64,000 bases of DNA from Polyangiales bacterium (GTDB lineage Bacteria > Myxococcota_A > Polyangia > Polyangiales > Ga0077539). The stretch spans positions 32,001-96,000 of the forward strand of contig JBGARZ010000010.1 of assembly GCA_044229975.1 (NCBI GenBank), in the 5' to 3' direction. The stretch's first letter is position 1; each line of letters starts with the position of its first letter. Below the pieces are notes generated by a model. The model worked only from the letters and a program-made list of their open reading frames with translations, had not been told where the DNA came from and made no database searches. The position numbers were made by a program, and so were the translations under genes. Shown in pieces: positions 19,776 through 28,666 of this stretch.

Positions 19776-22151
19776 GTGTCGACTCCCCGCGCCGTGTTGC
19801 ATCGTGCGCTCGCCTTCGCGCTCTTCGCGCTGAGCCTCCTCGCGCTCGGCTGCAACAGCCCCGGCGAGCAGTACGACCTCCGCGGCGACGTGCGCCTCAC
19901 GCTGCTGCACACGGCCGACTGGCACTCGCGGCTCTTCCCCTACTTCCAGCAGGTCAACCAGACCGACCTCAACCTCGGCCTCGACCCCGCCAAGGCCCCC
20001 TTCGGCGGCGCCGCCCGGATGAACTACCTCATCCAGCGCGAGCGCCGACACGCCGACCGCGTGCTCCACCTCGACTCGGGCGACTGCTTCCAGGGCGCGC
20101 CGATCTTCAACTACTTCAACGGCGAGGCCGAGGTGCGAGCGCTCGCCCACACCGGCGTCGACGCGGTCGTCATCGGCAACCACGAGTTCGACCGCGGCGC
20201 GCTCAACTTCGCCCGCCAGTTCACCCGCTGGGGAACCTTCGAGACCCTCGCCGCCAACTACCTCTTCGACGACCCGTCGACTCCGGGATCATCCGAGCTC
20301 GGTCGGCTCGCGCACCCCTACGCGTTCTTCAACCTCCGCGGGCTCAAGGTCGGCGTCATCGGGATGGGCAACCTCTCGTCCATCACCTCGGTCTTCGACC
20401 AGCCCAACCGCCTCGGCATCGTCCCCCTCAACACCGTCGAGACGGCCCAGCACTACATCGACCTCGTCCGCTCGCAGGGCGCCGACGTCATCGTGATGGT
20501 CAGCCACATCGGCCTCGAAGACGACATCCACACGCTGGAGTTCACCACCGGCGTCGACGTCGTCCTCGGCGGCCACCTCCACATCGTGCTCAACCCCACG
20601 CAGGAGGTCACCGACTGCCGTCCCTTCGACGCGCAGGGCAACCACTTCGTCCCCGCCCTCAGCGACGTGGTGCAGCGCACCAACACCACCGCCACCTGCG
20701 GCGCCGATGAGTGCTGTGCCCCCGGCGGCGCCTGCCCCCCCGCCGGGACGCGCAACTACTGGACCCTCGCCCGCGGCTACCGCGCTCGCGCCTGTCGCCC
20801 GCGTCGCGCGATCCTCCAGCACTCCGGCGCGTTCATGAAGTACCTCGGGCGCCTCGACTCGGTGCTCTCCAACGACCCCGCGCGCATCTACCCGGGCCAC
20901 CCCCAGGACTACGACGCCCGCGACCGCTGGGAGGTCGTCTCGCACCGCTTCACGCTCTTCCCGGTCGACAGCACCGTGCCCGAAGAGCCCACGATGAAAA
21001 ACCTCCTGGAGCCCTACGCCCGCGCGCTCGACTCCCTCGCCAACCTCGACAACATCGTCGGCTACGCCCCCGCGGACATCACCCGCACGCCCGACAACGG
21101 CGGCGACTCCGCGCTCGGCAACCTCGTCTCCACCAGCATGTGGCTCCGCCTCGGCGTGCAGTCCGACTTCTCGCTCACCAACACCCTGGGCATCCGCGAC
21201 AACATCCCCACCGGGCCGGTCACCCTCGACCAGCTCTTCAACGTCTTCCCCTTCGACAACTCCATCACGACCATGAACCTCTCGGGTCGCGAGGTGCAGG
21301 AAGTCTTCGACTTCGTCGCGCGCCGCTCCGCCGGCCGCGGCTGCAACTCGCAGGCGCAGATCGCCGGGGCCCGCGTGGTCATCGTGTGCGGCGCCTGCAA
21401 CGGCCGCCTCGACGGCCAGGGCGCGCCCCTCGTCAACTGCGCCGAGACCATCAACATCGGCCTCACCGACCGCGCCTGCAACAACGACGACGAGTGCAAC
21501 ACCCCGCGCGGCTTCGAGGCGACCCCGCCCGCCGAGCGATCGCTCTGCGAGCCCAACGCCCACCGCTGCATGTCCCCGCTCTCGCTCAACGCGTCGTACG
21601 CGGCCGCGGTCAACAACTACATCGCGGGCGGCGGTTCGGGCTTCTTCGTGCTCCAGCGCAACACCACGCAGGTCGACACCCGCGTCGAGCAGCGCGACGC
21701 CGTCGTCGACCTCGTGCGCAACGCCCGCCCCTGCGGCTACGACGTCAACGTCACCATCGACCGCAACCGCCGCGCCGGCGTGACCGACCGCGCGTTGCAG
21801 TCCATCCCCGCGCACCCCGACGACGGCCTCGCCGACTGCCGCTCCGACTCCGACTGCGGCGGCGCGCAGATCTGCGCCTGCGAGGGTCGCCAGACCTACG
21901 ACGCCGAGACGCTCACCTGCGGCGCCGTCTCGACCTGCGCCGCGGGCGCTGGTCGCTGCGTGCTGCGCCAGTGCCGCGACGACATCGAGGCCCTCGTGCG
22001 CCGCACCTGCCCGTCGCTCCCGGCCGCTGCGGCCCGCGCCTGCATCTGCACGGCGTCCACCCGCGCGGCGCTCTCGTGCCGCATCCTCTCGTGCATCAAC
22101 GACGACACCGGCGCCCGCGTCGACGGCCGCTTGAGGATGGTGAGCCGATGA
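19776..22151 (+). CDS. 5'-nucleotidase / bifunctional metallophosphatase lipoprotein with Cys-rich inserts
   Basis: Lipobox LALGC. Motifs HTADWHS, DSGDCFQG, GNHEFD, SHIG and GGHLH. C-domain DSALGNLV, N.LGIR, FPFDN and NNYIAGGGSGF. Confidence 0.92.
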   Translation: MSTPRAVLHRALAFALFALSLLALGCNSPGEQYDLRGDVRLTLLHTADWHSRLFPYFQQVNQTDLNLGLDPAKAPFGGAARMNYLIQRERRHADRVLHLDSGDCFQGAPIFNYFNGEAEVRALAHTGVDAVVIGNHEFDRGALNFARQFTRWGTFETLAANYLFDDPSTPGSSELGRLAHPYAFFNLRGLKVGVIGMGNLSSITSVFDQPNRLGIVPLNTVETAQHYIDLVRSQGADVIVMVSHIGLEDDIHTLEFTTGVDVVLGGHLHIVLNPTQEVTDCRPFDAQGNHFVPALSDVVQRTNTTATCGADECCAPGGACPPAGTRNYWTLARGYRARACRPRRAILQHSGAFMKYLGRLDSVLSNDPARIYPGHPQDYDARDRWEVVSHRFTLFPVDSTVPEEPTMKNLLEPYARALDSLANLDNIVGYAPADITRTPDNGGDSALGNLVSTSMWLRLGVQSDFSLTNTLGIRDNIPTGPVTLDQLFNVFPFDNSITTMNLSGREVQEVFDFVARRSAGRGCNSQAQIAGARVVIVCGACNGRLDGQGAPLVNCAETINIGLTDRACNNDDECNTPRGFEATPPAERSLCEPNAHRCMSPLSLNASYAAAVNNYIAGGGSGFFVLQRNTTQVDTRVEQRDAVVDLVRNARPCGYDVNVTIDRNRRAGVTDRALQSIPAHPDDGLADCRSDSDCGGAQICACEGRQTYDAETLTCGAVSTCAAGAGRCVLRQCRDDIEALVRRTCPSLPAAAARACICTASTRAALSCRILSCINDDTGARVDGRLRMVSR

Positions 22152-23740
22152 GAAGGCCCACACAGACCTGCTGCGCCCCCGGATCTAGCGGTCGGGCGCG
22201 CTCGAAATACCCCGCGTATGTCTCGCGCGCCCTCCCTCGTCTCCGGGTGCTCGCGACGGTCTGTGCGGGCCTTCTGACATCCAGTGTCCTGGCAAGCTGC
22301 GGCGGCACCATCGACGACCTTGCCCAGGACGACCGCGCCGGCAACGTCGCCGCCGTCCGCATCAGCACCACCGGCAACCGCGGGACGCCCGACGCTCCGC
22401 TGCCGTTCTCCAGCGACGGCGTGGCGTTGCAGGCGCAGATCGAGGTGCGCGCCCGCGACAACCGCCGCGTCACCACCTTCAACGGCTGGGTCGCGCTCTC
22501 CATGGCGCCTGGACAGTTCCGCTCGGTGACGGGCCCCGAAGGCACCGTGCTCGGCAACATGGTGCGCCTCACCGCGGGCGCGGCCGAGGGGCTCACCATC
22601 ACCGTCGCGCGCGGCTACGGCGAGTCGCGCATCTGGGCCGAGGAGCAGGGCTACTCGCCCGTCGACCCGCGCCGCAACCCGCCGCCCGCGTGCGCCAACG
22701 GCCGCGACGACGACGGCGACGGCTTCGTCGACTTCCCGGCCGACCTCGGCTGCGCCGCCGCCAACGACGACACCGAGCGCGCCGGCTCGTACGCGGTCGG
22801 CACCAGCGAGCCGATGTTCTTCGAGCTGCCCAACATCGTCGACGTGCAGGGGCGCAGCGCCCTCACGCCGCTGCTCGGCGAGCGCGTCACCATGCGCGGC
22901 CGCGTCACCCCCGACGCCCCCGCGGCCACCGACCGGCGCCACCGCATGGTCGTCACGCAGACCGACAACTCGGGCTTCTTCATCACCGACATCGACGACC
23001 GGTCGTGCGACGGCGCGCCCTGTTACAACAGCCTGTATTCGTTCAACTTCCGATCGCCCGACGGGATGCGCCCGTGCGACCTCATCGACACCCTCACCGG
23101 GTCCGTCGCGGAGTTCGTCAGCACCACGCAGCTCGCGCAGCCCGGCTACCAGATCGGCCTCGCGTGGCGCCCCAACGACATGGCCGCGGGGCAGTGCCTC
23201 ATCCCCGACCCGGTGGAGATCACCCCGACCACGCTCGCGATGGACGTGCTCATGGAGCGCCACGAGTCGTCGCTCACCCGCGTGCGCGACGTGCAGCTCC
23301 CGACGCTCATCGGCCCCGCGCTCGCGCCCAACGGCATCCCGTCGCCCGGCGCCACCAACTGCGACCTCAACGGCGACGGCCGCATCGACTTCGACGGGGG
23401 CGCGGAAAACCAGTGCTACGACGCCTGCGCCGCGGACATCACCTGCTCCGAGTGGAGCAACTGGAACCGCTACGGCCAGATCGTCGTCACGCTCCCCGCG
23501 TCGGGCATGGGCGCTCGGGCTCGCATGGCCATCGCGCCGCGCATCGTGAACCCCGGCTTCGACCCGCAGCGACTGCGCGGCCCCGTCGCGACGGTCACCG
23601 GCACGCTCCGCCAGGTGGGGCCCAACTGGATCATCCAGCCGCGCTGCGGCTCGGACTTCGTGGTGCAGGGCGACGGACAGACGCTCTGTGAGCACCCACG
23701 CGACTGCTGCCTCCACGAACGATCGATCGCCGAAGAGTAG
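22148..23740 (+). CDS. lipoprotein with OB-fold-like and EF-hand-like (DxDGDG) motifs
   Basis: The ATG overlaps the upstream stop (ATGA). Lipobox VLASC at codon 51. CANGRDDDGDGFVD, CDLNGDGRIDF, IVDVQG and VTGTLRQ..WII.PR. Confidence 0.8.
   Translation: MRRPTQTCCAPGSSGRARSKYPAYVSRALPRLRVLATVCAGLLTSSVLASCGGTIDDLAQDDRAGNVAAVRISTTGNRGTPDAPLPFSSDGVALQAQIEVRARDNRRVTTFNGWVALSMAPGQFRSVTGPEGTVLGNMVRLTAGAAEGLTITVARGYGESRIWAEEQGYSPVDPRRNPPPACANGRDDDGDGFVDFPADLGCAAANDDTERAGSYAVGTSEPMFFELPNIVDVQGRSALTPLLGERVTMRGRVTPDAPAATDRRHRMVVTQTDNSGFFITDIDDRSCDGAPCYNSLYSFNFRSPDGMRPCDLIDTLTGSVAEFVSTTQLAQPGYQIGLAWRPNDMAAGQCLIPDPVEITPTTLAMDVLMERHESSLTRVRDVQLPTLIGPALAPNGIPSPGATNCDLNGDGRIDFDGGAENQCYDACAADITCSEWSNWNRYGQIVVTLPASGMGARARMAIAPRIVNPGFDPQRLRGPVATVTGTLRQVGPNWIIQPRCGSDFVVQGDGQTLCEHPRDCCLHERSIAEE
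22151..22275 (+). repeat. ~125-bp structured repeat (MITE/REP-like), copy 1
   Basis: Terminal stem AGAAGGCCCACACAGACC / GGTCTGTGCGGGCCTTCT. Core shared with the copies at 28406 and 60305. Confidence 0.92.
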
Positions 23741-23769
23741 ACGTGACGACAGAGGGTGAAAGGGTACCG

Positions 23770-25551
23770 ATGAACCGCCGTTCGATCGCGAGGCGCAGCG
23801 CGCTGGCCGCCGTGTTGTTGGCAACCCCCGCCGCGTGGGCCCAGCAGCAACAACCGCAGCCGCCCAACCCCCTCACGCCTCCGCCGCCCGCGCCGCAACC
23901 GCTGCTCGCGCCGTCGCCCACGCCGCCGCCGCCGTCGTCCCCACCGGCGATGACCCAGCCCGACCCGCCGCCGCCGCCGCCCGTGCGACCGCAAGGTCTC
24001 GCGCCCGCCGAGCGCCTCGCCATGCCCGGCACCGCCGCGGGCGACCAGGGCCGCGCCGCCCCGCGCACCAGCCACGACTTCATCGACACCCGCATCACCT
24101 GGACCTTCGGCGACGACGACCTCCTCGCCGACACCGGCCAGCGCGTGCCCGTCTCGCCGCTGCCCCGCATCGGCGACCGCTCGCAGTACCAGCTCTTCTT
24201 CGACGCCCTCAACAGCCGCTTCGCCGGCCGCGAGAACCTCACCCACCTCGCGATGTACGCCCGCGCGCCGGGCTTCATCCCGCGGCTCAACACCGAGGCC
24301 GCGCTGGTGTTGCGCGTCGACCTCAGCCAGCTCTCCAGCGGGTCGGGCAACCTCAACCAGGCCTTCTACGACGCGGGCACCTACCTCCGCGTGTCGTACG
24401 CGCTCGGTGAGGGCGCGAACAACCGCGACAACTTCTCGATCACGTTCTTCCCCTTCGACACCGACCGCTTCCGCCTCGGGTACCTCTGGGACCTCTCGTG
24501 GGGCGGCAACTCCGTCTTCCCGCGCCGCGTCGGCCCCGCGCCCGGTGTGAAGCTCTCCATCGACGTCGGCGCCCTCTCGCTCTGGGCCGGCTTCAAGACC
24601 GCCGGCATCGTGGTGCCGTTGGAGGTCGTCACCTCGTCGCGCGACATCGAGATCGTGCGCGTCGAGGAGACCCAGTACGCGCTCCTCGCGGGCCTCGGCA
24701 TCCGCGGCGGCGACAGCTTCCGCTTCGACCTGTCGGGCGGCTGGTTTCAGCAGGGCCGCTTCGACTTCGCGGGCGTCCGCGGACAGCAGGTCTACATCTT
24801 CGGCGCCTCGGCGCGCGCCGTGTACTCGGCGGGTCTGCGCACCACGCAGTCGCTCGACATGATGCTCTACCGCAACGACCCGACGGCCCCGTTCGTCGCG
24901 TTTGCGCCCGAGACCTTCACGCCCGGAACCATCCAGGGTGCCATCTCCGCCGAGCTCACCGCGACGGCGCAAAACCTCGCGGACATCAACTTCCCCGGGC
25001 GCACCGCCATCCAGCCGGGCTTCGCGGGCGCGCTCCAGGGCCGCATCAAGGCCGGGTACTTCGGGGCGAGCGTGACGGGTCTCTTCCGTGACGTGCCCTT
25101 CCTGCTGCGCGACGTGCCGAGCTTCATTCCGTTCCAGACGCTGCCGAGCGACGCGACGGTGCAGCCCGAGCTCTTCTTCGCCGCGCAGATCGACTACACC
25201 CTCGCGCGCCTCCACATGACCCCGAGCCTCATCGTGGGCGTGCAGCTCCCGGCGACGTTCAGCTCCACGGTGCGCGAGGGCTCGCTGCTCTCGTCGCGCA
25301 CGCTGGTCATCCGCCGCGCGGGCAACTTCTCCATCCTGCCGCCGGGCGAAGACCGCGTGCCCATCGTCTCCGCGCGCGCCTCCTTCCGCTGGGACCTCTC
25401 CACCATCATGGCCGGCATCTTCTGGGTGCAGTACGTGCTCGATCAAAACAGCACGCTCCTCCAGGTCGACGCCTCAGGAACGCGACAGGTCCGCGTGTTC
25501 CAGTCGCCCAACCAGCTCGGGTTCGGCATCACGGCGCAGGCGCGCTTCTAG
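23770..25551 (+). CDS. outer-membrane beta-barrel protein
   Basis: Signal peptide ..PAAWA-Q, Pro-rich linker, alternating beta-strand pattern and C-terminal ITAQARF. Confidence 0.8.
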   Translation: MNRRSIARRSALAAVLLATPAAWAQQQQPQPPNPLTPPPPAPQPLLAPSPTPPPPSSPPAMTQPDPPPPPPVRPQGLAPAERLAMPGTAAGDQGRAAPRTSHDFIDTRITWTFGDDDLLADTGQRVPVSPLPRIGDRSQYQLFFDALNSRFAGRENLTHLAMYARAPGFIPRLNTEAALVLRVDLSQLSSGSGNLNQAFYDAGTYLRVSYALGEGANNRDNFSITFFPFDTDRFRLGYLWDLSWGGNSVFPRRVGPAPGVKLSIDVGALSLWAGFKTAGIVVPLEVVTSSRDIEIVRVEETQYALLAGLGIRGGDSFRFDLSGGWFQQGRFDFAGVRGQQVYIFGASARAVYSAGLRTTQSLDMMLYRNDPTAPFVAFAPETFTPGTIQGAISAELTATAQNLADINFPGRTAIQPGFAGALQGRIKAGYFGASVTGLFRDVPFLLRDVPSFIPFQTLPSDATVQPELFFAAQIDYTLARLHMTPSLIVGVQLPATFSSTVREGSLLSSRTLVIRRAGNFSILPPGEDRVPIVSARASFRWDLSTIMAGIFWVQYVLDQNSTLLQVDASGTRQVRVFQSPNQLGFGITAQARF

Positions 25552-25605
25552 CGGCCGGCGCCATTGGCGCGCGCGGGGCGCAGTTGGTAGGGTTCGCGAC
25601 GCGCG

Positions 25606-27543
25606 ATGGGATTGTTCAAGGTCCGGCCGTCTCGGGGTTCGTGGGCCTTCTTCGTCATCATCACCGTGACCACCATCACCAGATGGCGATGGGGCATCCA
25701 CGAGCAGACGGTCACCCGCAGCGACGCGCCCGCCGCCGAGAGCGCCCGCGCCTTCGCCACCTGCCTCTTCGGCTCCAACATCACCTGGGTTCTCCGCGAC
25801 GATGACCCCGAGGCCCGCCCCGCCATCGCGGGGGCCGCCATCCCGCCGCTGACGCCCGAAGCGCGCAAGGCACTCTGGGCGCAGAACATCAACGCGTGGC
25901 TCCGGCCGCACGCCGCGAGCTGGCTCGAACAGTCGTGGCCCCTGTCGCGCGATGCCGTCGAGCGCCCCGACGTCACGTGGCCCGCCCGCTGCGTCGCGCC
26001 GCTCAACGAGCTCGACCAGCGGCGCCGGAGCGCCACGGAGCACTCGGCGCGCCTCGGGGGCACCATCGTCGCCGTGCGCCAGATGCTCCAGCAGACACAG
26101 ACGAGCAACCGCAGCGCGCGCGTCGCGACCCTCACCGAGCTGCTCAAGATCGTCGACGACGGCAGCCTCGCGGGGCAGCTCGCGCTGCTCTTCACCGACG
26201 TGCGCGAGCTCTCCCTCGGCACCCGCAACCGGTGGGAGCCAACACCACTGCGGGCGGAGCTGTACCCCGCGTTCGCCGACCCGGAGGTGCCGCGCTGGCA
26301 GAGCGTTCATCCGGGGCAGGAGCAGGTCGTGCTGGCCTCGCCGTCGGTGTACTTCTACCGATCGTCCTGGGATGGGCGCACGCACCGGGTGGACTTCGAC
26401 CGCCACCCACACCTCGACAACCCGGTGAGCGACGCGGTGCTCTGGCGCGAGACCCCACGCGGCGGCGTGCTGCGGGCATCGACGGAGCAGGGCGGCGCGG
26501 TGGTCACCACCCAGCACGCCGTACAGATGGTGGCGCTGCCCGACGAGCCGGGCGTGGCGCGCCATGGGCCGTACTTCGACTGGCAGGCCGCGACCAACGA
26601 TCGGGGCATGGCGTGGGTGACGACCACCGACGGGACGGTGCGGCTGCGGTCGCGTCGCTGGACCGCCGCGACACGGTGGAGCGACGCCGTGGTGCTCGGT
26701 GTTCCGCAGGGCTACCAAGGGTCGGTGGTGTCGCGGGAGCCGCTCGACAACACGCGTTGGCGGGTCACCGCGGTGCGGCCGCCTGCGGTCGACGTGGTGA
26801 TGGAGCAGTACGTGGTGACCACGGCCGACGACGCCGCGCCGGTGGTGACGCCCGGCGCGCGGGCCGTGGTGGAGGAGTTTCCGCTGGTGCGGAAGACGCT
26901 GACGTGCGGCGCCGAGGCGGTGCAGTACGTGGCGCTGCTGGCGGACACGACGGCCGCGGTCGTGCGCGTCGAGGGCGATCGCATCACGGTGGTGCCCGCG
27001 GTGGTGTCGGGCGAGCGGACGATCCCGTGGGGCGACGCGCCGACGCTGCGCTGCGACGTGGGGCGGGCGCTGCTGGTGACCGATCCCGATCAGCCCGTGA
27101 TGGACGCGCCGGCCTGGGTGGTGACCTTCCCGGTGGCGGGCGTCCCGAGGGTGTCGCCGGTGGGGCCGCTGCCGTATGCCACTGGAAGCCTGCCGCGTCA
27201 GCTGCTGCTGGTGGACGACGGGCTGGTGGCGGTGGCGGCCCACGCGTCGGCGCTGCGGGCGTGGCGGCGGCCGTTGCAGTCGACGGACTGGGAGCCGGTC
27301 GGCTTCCTGGCGGCGCTCACGCTCTCGGCGCAGGTGACGCGCGCGGTGCGCTCGCTGCGCGCGGTGTCGCAGGGGTCTTCGCTGGCGGTGTGGGTCGAGG
27401 GCGACACGGTCACGCGGCGCACGGAGGCGGTGCCCGCGACGGAGTCGGGCGGTGAGGCGACGACGCGGGTGACGGAGACCCGGGTGCCCTACCGGGTGCT
27501 GATGATGTCCAACGACAGCGGGCGCAGCTTCGCGGGGCTGTGA
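25606..27543 (+). CDS. membrane-anchored hypothetical protein
   Basis: N-terminal hydrophobic segment, then helical and beta-rich regions. High GC3. GTGA overlap with the next gene. Confidence 0.75.
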   Translation: MGLFKVRPSRGSWAFFVIITVTTITRWRWGIHEQTVTRSDAPAAESARAFATCLFGSNITWVLRDDDPEARPAIAGAAIPPLTPEARKALWAQNINAWLRPHAASWLEQSWPLSRDAVERPDVTWPARCVAPLNELDQRRRSATEHSARLGGTIVAVRQMLQQTQTSNRSARVATLTELLKIVDDGSLAGQLALLFTDVRELSLGTRNRWEPTPLRAELYPAFADPEVPRWQSVHPGQEQVVLASPSVYFYRSSWDGRTHRVDFDRHPHLDNPVSDAVLWRETPRGGVLRASTEQGGAVVTTQHAVQMVALPDEPGVARHGPYFDWQAATNDRGMAWVTTTDGTVRLRSRRWTAATRWSDAVVLGVPQGYQGSVVSREPLDNTRWRVTAVRPPAVDVVMEQYVVTTADDAAPVVTPGARAVVEEFPLVRKTLTCGAEAVQYVALLADTTAAVVRVEGDRITVVPAVVSGERTIPWGDAPTLRCDVGRALLVTDPDQPVMDAPAWVVTFPVAGVPRVSPVGPLPYATGSLPRQLLLVDDGLVAVAAHASALRAWRRPLQSTDWEPVGFLAALTLSAQVTRAVRSLRAVSQGSSLAVWVEGDTVTRRTEAVPATESGGEATTRVTETRVPYRVLMMSNDSGRSFAGL

Positions 27544-28406
27544 CGGAACCGTCGACGGACAGCGGCAACGGTTGCGAGGTCGTCACGCTGCCCAACGGGC
27601 TGCGCGCGATTCGCGAGCGGGCGAGCGGCGAGGTGATGCACCCGGGCGATGGTCCGCGGGTCGAGGCCGAGTCGGTGTACGTCGCCCCGTCGCGGCTGGG
27701 CGAGCGCTTGCGGGAGGGCGGGGACGAGGCGCTGGTGCTCTACGACGTGGGCCTCGGCGCGGCGACCAACGCCATCACGGCATGGAAGGTGTCGGAGGCG
27801 CAGTCGTCGACGGCGCGGCGCCTGGAGATCGTGAGCTTCGAGCACGACCTCGACGCGCTCAGGCTGGCGCTGCACCCCGACAACGCCGACGCCCTGGGGC
27901 TCACGCGCGACGGCGCCTACGAGGCCGCGAGCGCCCTGCTCCAGTACGGCCACCACGAGACGCCGAGGACGCTCTGGCGCCTCGTCCTGGGGGACTTCCG
28001 CGCGACGCTGGCGCGCATGCCCGAGGCGTACGCCGACGTCGTGTACTGGGATCTGTACTCGCCGCGGACGGCGCCTGCTGTGTGGACGGTGTCGATGTTC
28101 GAGGCGGTGCGGCGCGGCTGCGCGGAGGGCGCGACGCTGCACACGTACAGCGCGTCGACGTCGACGCGGTCGGGCCTCCTGCTGGGAGGTTTCGCCGTTG
28201 GGGTGGGCGAGCGCACGGGCAGCCGCGACGAGACCACCATGGCCGCCACGCGCGTGGGCGACCTGACGCGACCGCTCGGCGCGACGTGGTTCGGTCGGCT
28301 CATGCGCTCGTCGGTTCCGTTTCCGAATGACGTCCCCGATGAGCCGGGCGCGCGGGCCGCGGCGCTGGCGCGGGTGCGTGCGTGCCCGCAGTTCATCGAC
28401 GTCTGA
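27540..28406 (+). CDS. MnmC/MnmD-like tRNA mnm5s2U34 methyltransferase domain protein
   Basis: DVGLGAATN, VSFE, YWDLYSPRTAPAVWT and TYSAS..R.GLL.GGF. Confidence 0.85.
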   Translation: MTEPSTDSGNGCEVVTLPNGLRAIRERASGEVMHPGDGPRVEAESVYVAPSRLGERLREGGDEALVLYDVGLGAATNAITAWKVSEAQSSTARRLEIVSFEHDLDALRLALHPDNADALGLTRDGAYEAASALLQYGHHETPRTLWRLVLGDFRATLARMPEAYADVVYWDLYSPRTAPAVWTVSMFEAVRRGCAEGATLHTYSASTSTRSGLLLGGFAVGVGERTGSRDETTMAATRVGDLTRPLGATWFGRLMRSSVPFPNDVPDEPGARAAALARVRACPQFIDV

Positions 28407-28531
28407 GAAGGTCAGCACAGACCTGCTGCGCCCCTCTGATCCAGCGGTCGGCCGCGCTCGAAATACCCCGCGTATGTCTCGCGCGGCCTCCCTCGTCCCG
28501 GGGTGCTCGCGACCGTCTGTGCTGACCTTCT
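28406..28531 (+). repeat. ~125-bp structured repeat, copy 2
   Basis: Perfect 17-bp terminal stem AGAAGGTCAGCACAGAC / GTCTGTGCTGACCTTCT and the shared core. Confidence 0.92.
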
Positions 28532-28666
28532 GACTGTCTGACCCTTGCGACCCCTGCGCCCTTGCGGCTCCCACCCTCACGCCTGACGCGTGTCTCCACA
28601 GCCCGTGGAGAGACGACCACGGCCTCCTCGAATCCTGCGATGATCGCCGACGGAGCCACTGCCCCC

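Noticed and set aside
20711..22147. N-terminal 479 aa of the 1009-aa ORF 20711..23740
   Set aside because: Off-frame overlap with the 5'-nucleotidase. The real gene begins at ATG 22148.
22151..22275. 125-bp repeat as a tRNA or riboswitch
   Set aside because: No cloverleaf, T-loop or CCA. It sits 3' of unrelated genes and no known aptamer consensus was recognised.
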